DNA from: Stegostoma tigrinum
Taxonomy: Eukaryota
Assembly: GCF_030684315.1 (NCBI RefSeq)
Contig: NC_081369.1
Location: 9,338,035 to 9,402,034, forward strand
Length of the DNA stretch: 64,000 bases
Direction: 5' to 3'
The translations under genes were made by a program, and so were the position numbers. Below, in pieces: positions 26,641 through 37,632 of this stretch. The notes under the pieces were generated by a model. The model saw nothing but the letters and a program-made list of their open reading frames with translations. It ran no database searches and was not told the origin of the DNA. How positions within the stretch are numbered: the stretch's first letter is position 1; each line of letters begins with the position of its first letter.

Positions 26641-29600
26641 ACGCATAACTCACTGCAGACTCCAGCTACTGTCACACATATGGCCCCTGAGATATGAAGC
26701 TAACAGTGCAGAGGCGAGCCAGCTCTTGATTAAATTATGTAGAATCACAGTGTAAACATTGTAACTGTTACTATTCAGGAAGATTGTTCTCTGAAATCCT
26801 CTTGGAAACATCGAGACAAATATTAAAACTAACCTGATTTCTTGTGAATACTTTATATCACCAACGATTGGAAATTCTCTACAAACATTCTTTCTTTTGT
26901 ATTCCATTGGTTTTACACAAGAAATTAATTGCAAAGAAACTCCATAAATTCGATCAAAATGTATGTATCTGCACCTGCTTATCATTGATACTTATCTGTC
27001 TTGTTTTTGTGACCACTGCCTGCCATCTTTGCACCCAGGCTATTATAATAAGTTGATATCCTTATGCCTGCACACAGATGTCTCCCAGTGTAGAGTCCAA
27101 TCTCAAAAGCAAAACATCACACAAGCAGAGAAGGAATGCTTGAGAATATGATGCCTCTCATTTTCAGAAAATTACAATAACACATTTGTTTTAAAAAAGT
27201 GAAAACAATGGATTAAGCCACCTGGTTACATAGAATCTGCAATACTGCCATTCAATTTTCAATAGTAATTTTATGAGATTGCCTAACTAGCAATCCCTTT
27301 CATAGATTCTGAACGTGTGTCTCTTTTATGAAGACCTTACGTTGAATATTACCTCAATTATGTTTTGCCATCCGGTTTTATGGCAATTTCAACAGACATA
27401 CTGAAAACCCCAATTTAGCTAATCAATGTTGCAATATTTTTCAGGCAACACTCACCATAATGCAATCATTCTTTCACTCTTGTAGCTAGTGTAGGAATAC
27501 TACTTCACTTTGGGACTATTGGGAGTGTGGCCACTGGACTAATGTTCCTGGCACTCATGATCAATGCTGAAACGTGGTCTCAACTGATGAATAACAATGT
27601 TAAGTTCTACTGTACCCTCACCATTTAAATGCAAACTTCAGTGTCAGTGATATCTTCTTACCTGAACTGGAAATGAGAATTCAAATGAAAGTTAACATTG
27701 ATAACGATATTATCTGTCATCAGCGAATGTCAATTATTTTGAAATACAGTTTACGCGAATGGTATGATTGCAGAATATTAAAAAAACTTTCATAGCAATA
27801 TCGATAGTTATTTGTTTGATAAAGATGTCCCTATTGAAAGATGTTAAATTAAGTGTGCCCTCCTCTACAATCAGTTGCTAACTCATTCTGTTGTGGTTCA
27901 AACCCGAAAGTGAAGAAGGACGGGTGTCTGGGAAACGTAAACTGTAAAACAATGCAATATCTCAACTTATCCATCTTACAATGCCAACGGGACTGATCTC
28001 CCATACTAACTCCAATTCTCTACCTATCTCCATATTTGTTGACACTTTATTCATTTTGTTGTCGTGTGTTTTGCAAGAAAGTTAAATATTTCTCGTTTAT
28101 CTCGATGTACCTGTGAGATATTGGCGATGAGGTGATTGGGCAGGACGGGGTTACAGTCAGAGATTTTTTACGGTCGCCGATGGAATTTAGAATAGAACGG
28201 CTGATACTCAAAATAAGCAGTGTCTCATTCGAACATCTACAACTAAGTTAAGGAGAAACTTACTTGGTTTGAATATCTACAAACTTGACTACCTCAGCCA
28301 GTTGCGTTTGCTCTATTCTTAAATAAATTAAACACTATGATAGAAAATTTCTGAACTTTCAGGAATTAAAGAATCTGTACTGCGTGGCAGTAACTGCAGC
28401 TGAGGTGGAAAACCAGGCATGTTTGCCTGCAGAAGGAGAAACTGTCTTCAGGGGACTTATTATCCGGTCTAGGTCTAAACGGTTACTGTGCTGTGTTTGC
28501 TCAGTGCAAAACCATTTCAGCCAATAATCAAGAGAAACCTCGGCGAACCTTTCTCTGGAGCTACAGAGATATCAGGCAGGCTAAGAACCCCCGAAGTTTA
28601 TGCAATGAAGACGTTCAGCAATGAGATGGTTTTCCTTGGTCCGCAAACGATGCTCTCTTATATTTCAAGTAAAATGCAGAACAAAAACCTCCAAGTTGCG
28701 ATAAGATGCAGCTTTGCAAAACCCTTGTTGCAATCCAGACTTGTCAATCATTTTTGACATTGCTTTCACGTTTCATGTGTATTTGCATTCGGGAATATGA
28801 GAACTAAGTAATTATTTCAAATATTACTACATTTTATTTATTCCAGGATATGCAAGACATAAACAAGAGCTGGCAGATTCTGAAACGGCAACGAATTTTG
28901 CTGTAATAGAAATAGTATAACATAGTCATTCCAGAATATTTCAATCTACTGGCTGAAATATCGGTCAGCTGACAGTAACTCTTTCAAACTATGGTGAGAA
29001 ATGATGGTGCAAGTAATTATTTTTTAATATTTCATGGAAATTTTCCGGGTTACTTAAAGATGTGCCGAGGTACTAACTGATTGTTAATAAAACGATGCTT
29101 CCTCAGGTTTGAGGAAGCATATCTTAATATTGTAAATTTGCTGCTCATGTCAGTAATACTGCCCTCTTGCGTAAACGCTGGCAGTATTATATATTATCTA
29201 TAGGCAGCACAGTGCTCCAATGATTGCATTTGTGTACACATGTATAGGTTATCGTTTGTGCGCCTCATCTCAAATTCTTGTCAACTCTTGTTGCAAATTG
29301 GTGAAAACCCACAGCTGTATATTTGTATTCTGGCACGTGTAGGGATAATGTACTAAGGCCGTGCATTTTATTGCATTGGATTTGATCAGAAGCAAGAAGT
29401 TATCCCGCCACAAATATGAAGGGGAAAAATACATTTATGCCAAGGTTGATTTATTGGCATAGATCACCAACATACGATTAACATTTATGCAAATATGAAG
29501 GCAATGGATTCTTGTGGATTGACACTGTTCACAACTGTGGCGTTTTGCAACCCTGCTGATAACAACTTCGAAGCACTGCCTAAAGCTGTGAAAATGATAA

Positions 29601-30244
29601 ATTGGGTATATTATTATGAAACATTGGATTTGCAAGAAAGTGCAAAAATTAAGAGAAATATTCGAGAATGTGCCCAATTGTAGATAAACAAGGGAAAGTG
29701 GACTACTGACACTGTCCACGTGGAAACAATATAAATGAGTAAAAAACGTATACGCGCAAACGTCATTCTATTGTTGTCGATATTTTCTGATCAATATGTT
29801 AATGAATGATATTACACAACCTCTTTAGCAGGAGGGACTTGACGCCAAACATCTAGCCCAGTAGCAGCAATACCGACATTTCTCCACAGGAGATTTTGGC
29901 TTTATTTCTGTGTTGTGTCATGTCAACTCAGGTTTGTGAATAGTGGGTGATAACATTCAACAGAGATATAAGACATTACATTGATGTCATTACATGGAAC
30001 GTTATCTACAGTAAAACGAAAATGCATTCAAGTATTTGTTTTATGTTCCGCTAAAGGTTTTTATGAATGAAAACTTTCTCACAAAATCTACTGCTATAAT
30101 TTTTATATGAACTGAGTCAATATATTTCTCTGATTGTGGTTTCGCAATACTATGGTATTATCTGGTTTGTACAAAGTTCTGAATTCAACAAACACAGAAG
30201 CTATGCTACCTGCTAAAAATCAGCATGCTACCTACTGAAAATCA

Positions 30245-30606
30245 GGGTAGCTGATGGCCTGGTGGAATTATCATCAGACTGTTAATCTAGAGACCCAAAC
30301 CATGTTCGGGGGACCTGGGTTCGAATTTCCCCACGTCAGATGGTGGAATTTGAACTCGATACGTACTTGGAGTTACGAATCTAATGGCTATGAGTACATT
30401 GTCGATGGTGAGTTGAAAAATCCTTCTGGTTCACTGATGCCCCTTAGGCAATGAAACTACCGTCCTTACCTGGTCTAGTGTACATGTAACTACAGCCCCA
30501 CAGCAATGTGGCTGACTCTTAACTGCCCTCTGGACAATTAGGAATGCGTAATAGATGCTGACCTAGCCAGTGATTCTCGCATCGTGTGAATTAATAATAA
30601 TAATAA
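30245..30606 (+). mobile_element. tRNA-derived DeuSINE (SacSINE1-like)
   Basis: A/B-box head (tggcctggtgg...gggttcgaat), Deu-domain-like core ccgtccttacctggtct...cccacagcaatgtggctgactcttaactgccctctg, and an (AAT)n tail. Confidence 0.85.
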
Positions 30607-32429
30607 ATCCTGCTTTTTTCCCCTTGGTAAGTGATATTCTCAGGTCAGTGATTTGATTTCTGTTGTATTTTGCAGTCTTGTGACTGCCAGTCTTGTTTAT
30701 ATTACTGATATGAGATGGTTGAAGGTTCAGTCTATGGAACAATCCAAGAATCTCCTGTTTCCGATTCCCCCCCCCCCCCCACCTTTTTGCTAATTTTAAC
30801 CGTTTACCTAACTCTTATGTATTTATGTGGAATCATAAAATATCAAACCTTTTCTGGGATCTGACACTTTTCAAAGAATCATCCAAATGATTCCTCAAAC
30901 AGCGCAGTTTTCTAATTTTGAATTTATAACTAATTCTTCACGTATTCTGCTTGCAATAGCGATTACACTTCGGTATTCCTTTGCCCTTTAATTAAAGAAT
31001 CAATTGAATCGACTTAAGTTATGTGCCATTTTAAACTATTGTTAATTCAAAGTTATTATGATACAAAGTAAAACGAAATTTCTTTACTGGAATCTATGAA
31101 GCTATGATTTGATTGGGCACAGCTCTCTGCCAAAGGTACCGTGTTTTATTTTGCCACAATAGATTTTCCTGTAGCCATCTATTGTTTCAATATCAAAGCG
31201 ATACAAATCATCGTGACAATGCATGAACAGAAGTGGTGGTCTACGTTAAAGACCACTGGACCACTGGACATATTGACCACATCAATATGTGGGTGAAATG
31301 TTAGCTTGACAGAATGCTGGATATTTTTTAACTTGATTGACGTAATCATCCGTAAAACCAATATCGACAATGGTCAGATGCTAATCAAGCTTGCTAGTTG
31401 CTAACCAACCAACACATTTAATGCTAAGTTTAATTTTGTTTATAGCAGGATACTGACAATATGTCTGGTGACGAATAGTAACAGCTTTGCCTCTGCATGT
31501 TTTGGTACTATATCTACACACACTGTTCAGATCCTACAAATATGCCATTTCATACTTTTCTGTCTAAATTTTCAAAATGTTTTCTTGATATTGCCGAAAA
31601 TGTGAGTGCTTCAGCTTATATGATATCGATTTCCATTTTAGACAATCCATTTCCTTGTTCAAAACATTTTGACTGCTTGTGGAGAATTGGTCTGTTTTCT
31701 TATCCCAATCCCAATATTCCTCTGTGCATAGCGTATTTTAAATTTAACCATGTTTGGGTTTGGTTCGTTATATAAATTGCAGCCTCTCTAATATTCGGCG
31801 CTGAGGACAAGTCAGCACATTTCCTTTACTCAACAAGAAATTTTAGAGTAAGACAAAGTACTGACATAAAGAGGGAACGTTATTGACAAGTATCGTATTG
31901 TTAACAACAAACCTATCCTTAATAAATCTATTACAGGAAGATCAACCTCTTCTGAGGAGAAAAAAGATGAAAAATCAGAAGTCTTTTAACTTTAACACAC
32001 TTTGTTCAAGTGACAGTTTAATGAAAAAAAGTAAGAAATCACAAGTTATCCCATTTACTGTTCTGATTCAGTAATTAATCTACACACACCGAAGCTGCTC
32101 GAACTGACTGTCTTCCTTGAACCACTGCAATTGGCTGATTTCTCTTTACGATGATAATGACCTCGATTTCAAGAGAATCCTCTTTAGGAACCACTTCGCA
32201 GCGATAAAAATGACTTTTGATGGTCACCAACTCTCACACATATTTGGGAAGAGTTTCAAAGAAGGCAAGTGTAATAATTGGCTATTGCATTGAACGTTTT
32301 AGGAGGCTTACACTCAAATCTGAATATGAGTTTGCTACTTTAACATATTGAGGCAGTTCTTTGCAAGTTCGATTAACGAGAGGACACCTTATGAAAACAT
32401 TAAGAAAGCGTTTCTTTGGGAACTTCACG

Positions 32430-32740
32430 GTACAACGCGAATGCGATGTTTGACTTCGCAAGAGAATTAGGACCAGAGGAGCATAATTTCAGGGTACAGG
32501 AATGGTCATTTAAGACACACATTAGATTTTTTTTCATCCAGAGGGCAGTGAATCTCTGGAATTCTGTGCCACAGAGCATTACTGAGGCAAACTGAAGGCT
32601 GACACAGGCAGGTATCTGGACCAAGGGCTAAAGGAACATGGCAAAAGGAGAACTCGAGGATTAACAGGCCAACAATGATCTAATTGATTGGAATGATAGA
32701 GTCAATGGGTTGAATGGCTTAATTCGGCTGTTATGATTTA
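32430..32740 (+). mobile_element. Old CR1 3' fragment
   Basis: accagaggagcataatttcagg...ttcatccagagggcagtgaatctctggaattctgtgccacagag is a CR1 ORF2 end pattern, followed by a tail. Confidence 0.75.
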
Positions 32741-33569
32741 TAATTGATTAAGTTTTGAGCAGGAGGAATAGACAGACATGAGCATTTCATGAGAGAAAAA
32801 GCAAATACTGACATTACATGATGTAATAAAAATACACTTTAGCTATAGAAATTGGAGAAAATTACAGTCATGAAGTCCATCAAGGAAATTTTAAAGTTTC
32901 TATTGATTCTCCTTATGGAATAGGAAGAAAAGAATGTGAAGGTATTGATATGTCAATTGACATATCATTGGGTGAAATGAAGTGGCAAATGCCACTTGGA
33001 TATTGCCTCTGCAGAACAGATGGCAGATAGAATATTTGCAATTTTGTATCCCCATCGAAGAGGTTTATATGAATTGTGATGCAATGAGCAAGCTTGTATC
33101 GAGTGCATGCGTCTTAGTTCCTGAAGCATGCTGGCAAAAATATCGAAATCCAAAGACCGAAAATGTCAGGGATCAACATGAAACGACCTAGACACAATAG
33201 CCGACATGATGCTGTCACCATCTCAATATGGCATAAAAACAATTAATGTACAGCAGCATTGACTGGATGAGTATGGAAGCGATGTATCTCCAAATAAAAC
33301 ACGAGACAAAGCATGTCCAGCAGGTGGTGCTAAGTGCTTTATATCTGGCCATTTGGAACAATCTAAGAAATATCATGAAGAACAACAACTGCAAAACCTC
33401 AGTGAAGAAAGGCCAGGGGAAAGAAAATCCAGTTTAATTGAAATGAATAAAAACAAATATCATTCCGAGGAATTACTGAGACAGGATAAGGAGAAAGACA
33501 ACTTTCCTAGGTAAAGTCAAACAGAATGAAACCAGAAAATAGATCATCATCTTAAAGTCGCAGTTTAAT

Positions 33570-33873
33570 TTTAGATTACCTACAGAGTGGAAACAGGCCC
33601 TTCGGCCCAACAAGTCCACACCGCCCCTTGGAACATCCCACCCAGACTCATCCCCCTATAACTCACACACTCCTGAACACTATTAGCAGGGCGAATCCAC
33701 CTAGCCTGTACATCTTTGGACTGTGGGAGGAAACCGGAGCACCCGTAGGAAGCCCACGCAGACACTAGGAGAATGTGCAAACTCCACACAGACGGTTACC
33801 CGAGGCTGGAATCGAACCCGGGTCCCTGGTGCTGTGAGGCTGCAGTGCTCACCACTGAGCTACCTTGCCGCCC
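33570..33873 (-). mobile_element. HE1-type V-SINE, full length
   Basis: Minus strand tRNA head GGGCGGCAAGGTAGCTCAGTGG...GGGTTCGATTCC, V-SINE core GTGTGGAGTTTGCACATTCTCC...GGGTGCTCCGGTTTCCTCCCAC, and a CR1-derived tail ending (AATCT)n. Confidence 0.93.
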
Positions 33874-33917
33874 CAAAACGAGACTCCTCGAAGCTCAGCC
33901 CTAACCAGGGCAGTAAC

Positions 33918-33988
33918 TGGCTGCACCCGGAGTTGAACTCGGATCGCAGAGCTCAGAAGCCAGCGTGCTGACCACTATACCACAGCTG
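33918..33988 (-). pseudogene. tRNA-Gln(CTG)-like pseudogene or isolated SINE head
   Basis: TGGTATAGTGGTCAGCACGCTGGCTTCTGAGCTCTGCGATCCGAGTTCAACTCCGGGTGCAGCCA aligns without gaps to vertebrate tRNA-Gln(CTG). The anticodon and T stems contain mismatches. Confidence 0.7.
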
Positions 33989-34481
33989 CCAGATTCTGTC
34001 GTACAGGCAAGCACTTTACCATCGCTGATGTGTGTGACAGTCAGGCAAATTAATACAAAGATAACAAGATAGACGTGTTGAAAATATAAATAGAAATAAC
34101 TGAACATGAGTTAGAAGCCAATTCAGGGACATCTTTGCAGAGTGGCCACGTTTGGTAACTCCATATTCAAGGGTTTTCAGTCTCCTGGAAGAATAGGCAA
34201 AATTGTAAAGGAGATGAAGTAGTTTTGTTCACGAAGGCGAGTATCAGTGTACAACCTGGAGTGGATTCAGTTCAAGTGAAAATGCAAAATAGCACGGCAA
34301 AGACTTCATGGCTGGGGCTTTTCTACATGCCACTGATTTGCTTCACTATTGGGCATTTTGCGCTGTAAGTACAGTAGACTAGATTCGGAGAAGCGGTGCT
34401 TCACTTGGAAGGTGTGTCAGAGACCTTGGATATTGAGGAGGAAGGAAGTAAATGGTCAGGCATTACACCTTCTGTGCACAG

Positions 34482-34573
34482 GATGAAGGGTCTAGGCCCG
34501 AAACGTCAGCTTTTGTGCTCCTGAGATGCTGCTTGGCCTGCTGTGTTCATCCAGCTCCACACTTTGTTATCTG
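34482..34573 (+). mobile_element. Penelope pLTR fragment with 5'-clipped hammerhead motif
   Basis: gatgaagggtctaggcccgaaacgtcagcttttgtgctcctgagatgctgcttggcctgctgtgttcatccagc. Confidence 0.85.
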
Positions 34574-34704
34574 GCACGTAAGTAAGCGACTGGTTCTCGC
34601 ATCCTGTTGAACGGAGTGGAAATGGCAGTTTACAGACCTTTGGGTGTGGGTTCTGGTGATCACAATGTCGTCGCCTCTACATTGCAGAGATTTTTTAATG
34701 ATTG

Positions 34705-34803
34705 AGATTAGATTAGATTCCCTACAGTGTGGAAACAGGCCCTTCGGGCCAACAAGTCCACACTGCCGGTTGAAGCATCCCACCCAGACCCATCCCCCAT
34801 AAC
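34705..34803 (-). mobile_element. HE1 SINE 3' fragment
   Basis: (GATTA)n tail and ccctacagtgtggaaacaggcccttcgg..caacaagtccacac, as at 33570 and 61795. Confidence 0.85.
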
Positions 34804-35899
34804 CTGAAGCGCAGACTGAGGAATTGATTTGAAGAACATGTGCGTTTTGTCTGCAAAAATGATCTTGAACTTGCTGTTGCCGATCACTTCAATACGCGAG
34901 TGTTCGCTTGCGAGTATCTTTGAATCGGGCTTGCTGCAGAGCTCCAGCGAAGTTATTGCAAGCTGGATGAGTAACATCTCATTTTCTGTCTTGGGACACT
35001 GGAGCCCTCAGAACTCAATATAGACTTCAATCCTTTAAAAGGATAAGTACCTTCTCCCCTCTCCTTACCCCAAACTGCAAACAACATGAGCTGCTATCAT
35101 AACCAACCCATTGTAAGCTACCAATGGTCCAGGTCATGAGGAAGAAGCTGATTTTGGAAGAAATGCTGACAAGAGTGTACAAAGTTATTAGAAGTTTTAG
35201 TAAAATTGAAACAAAAGAATCACAATGCTCTGTAAAATAGTCTAACGCACCTGCTTGCATTCTGCCAGGAATTTCCACATTGCTTGATTACAATGAAGAT
35301 TGTTTTTCTGAGCAGGATATTTTGTGATCTAGGTAGTTTAAAATCAATATTGTCAGGGGCATTGATGCACACATGTAGAGCAGATGAGCCGCGAAGCTGG
35401 CCTGCCTGGCTTACAGTTAAGGAAGCTATTGTGCAACACTAGATCGCTACCCCATGTCCTCCATTGCATCTACACAAATTAAGTGCACGTGTTTTTATGG
35501 TTGCATAATTTAGCAAATATTTCGAATTAATGATTCTCCAAAGGGAGAGTCACCCTTTATTTGGACGGAGTGCTTAGCACCACTTCTCATAAGGAAAACA
35601 TGCAGGTTGCGCCCTCGAGATGCAACGTACCGCTGCATTTTGTCTTTTTTTTCTTTTTCACTATTACTTCATCGGAATTTGTTGCATTTCTCCGCTCAAG
35701 TCAACGTGTTTTCTGCTCAGTTTTCAGTCTGTCACATCAAACTCAAATGACTCCATTCGAAGGCGCATGTCTGTTATAAATCCCTATGACAGTGGCTGGT
35801 AATATAATCACCATTTCTCGATGGATCCTGCCCTTCGGCATTTCAAACTATTGATAATGCTCTGCAGCTTCTCCTCTATTATCCATTACAATCAGGTTG

Positions 35900-36170
35900 C
35901 ATTCATTGTCAGGCCGTGGAACAATATCAGAAAGTATAGTTCTGAGTGAAGTTTGTTCACCCAGACATTGTGAGCCTGTGGAATTTTCTGTAACAGAAAG
36001 CAGTTGAATGTTTTCATGAAGGCGTTAGATCCCCTTTTCTGAGGGATAAAGAGGTCAAAGAGTGTGGGACGAAACAGGAACAGGGTATGAATTGGATCAT
36101 CGGCCACGATCATATTGGATGGAAGAGCAGGCTTGCAGAGCCAAATGGCCTCAACCCTGCTCCTATCTGT
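35900..36170 (+). mobile_element. Old CR1 3' fragment
   Basis: gtggaattttctg..acagaaagcagttga...ggaagagcaggcttgcagagccaaatggcct..ccctgctcctat tail pattern. Confidence 0.7.
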
Positions 36171-37577
36171 ACCAACCTGGGTTTCGAAAAGGCAGAACAT
36201 ATCTCATTTATATGATTATGACTTTACTAAAGAATGGGCAATGTTGATGAGGACAATGCGAGTGTTTTGGTGTCTGTGTAATTTCTAAACATTTCAAACA
36301 CTCTTACAAAATAGGGCAGATAACAGGCCCCTCATTCATGGAATCAAAGCAAAATGGTCGTAGTCGCAGCAATGTCAGATACCAGAGAGAATCGCAAGCA
36401 TACAATGTCAAATTAAAGGAACACTTTCAAATGGAGTTCTGCAATTGGGAGGACCTGAGACTATCTGCGCACTGCTTGGTGAAATTGGCAATGTTCAGAG
36501 AGCAAATGATTAGTGTGATATCCAATTTCAACGGCGTTACTATAATGATAATAAGTGTACCAAGGCAAGGATATTGTGGCGCAGAATTTGCAAGAATGAT
36601 AAAAAGAATTGAAATTCTTGGCGTTTTGTGGAACGATTTAAATTCCAACTTCAAGCTGCACTCAATTGATTATTTTAGAAGTGCATTCATTGTCATTAAA
36701 AAGAAACGCGGCAATCGACGTGCGCTGCCAAAATCTGCGAAAAGCAATCAGCTAAAAATATCAGGGAGTCTCTGTTTTTATGATGATCGGAGCATAAATA
36801 CTAGAAAGAACGCCAATAATTCCACAACTCTACTTTCATAAAATGAACTCAATGGATTGCTTAACATTTGTTCGACCTTGCACAAAGTTTAAAGTTGCAT
36901 TGGAAATCCGGCATCCCTGCCGTTACAGCGTGCCAACGTGTCTGTCCTGGTTTTTGTGTTGCTTTACAGAACTGTACCTTCCACCCAGAAAATTTTAGCA
37001 CTGAGGAAAAATTCCAACTCACTGAGAGATTGCTTCCCAAAAATTTGCCTGATTCCATGGATGGGAATGAGTGGTGAAGCCCCGTCTATTGCCGTTCAAG
37101 ACGAAAAAGTTGAGAATTCAAACCACGAGAGTTCTGAAGGGAATGCATAATGGCCAACTGAGCCCATTGACAGAAACTCCAAGCATCAAAGCCTCCGATT
37201 ATCGAAAACGTGAAAACGATGCTACGTGATCAACATCTGTGGTCAAGACCTGGATGTCCTCATTAAAACAGTGATGGAGCCAGACCTACCTGCGTTTGGA
37301 AAGAATATGGGCATTAGCAGCGTTAGTTAACTCTGCATTTGAAAATCAAATGTCTTTTGCTCTTTTGCATTACTTGATAAACACGATTTCAGACGTGACA
37401 TACACACAGAAACTGCAAAGTAGCATTGACCATACGAGACTCAAATTACCGACCGCATTCACAGGATGTTAAACATCATTGCCACGTATCTGATACAGTG
37501 AGCAAACTGGAAACCCGTCTTAGCAGTTACTAAAGCGCGGAGCTGCACAGCGTGGTTAGAACAAACCATCATTAATA

Positions 37578-37632
37578 ATGCCAGCGAGGATGATTTTTTT
37601 CTGCCTGACACTACTCGAATTTATTCTTGCTG
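37578..37632 (+). CDS. Exon 1: signal peptide MPARMIFFCLTLLEFILA
   Basis: ATG at 37578, hydrophobic core, phase-1 donor G|GTactt, and a 166-nt intron to the V exon. Confidence 0.85.

Noticed and set aside
28651-28689. Perfect nonamer ACAAAAACC at 28681
   Set aside because: No heptamer at 12- or 23-nt spacing.
36338-36841. 167-aa ORF upstream of the receptor
   Set aside because: No recognisable domain and no supporting splice structure. Treated as a chance ORF.
36970-37005. Peptide CTFHPENFS resembling the C1 motif FYPEDFT
   Set aside because: No downstream Trp or second Cys motif, and little nucleotide similarity to the real C1 exon. Probably chance.
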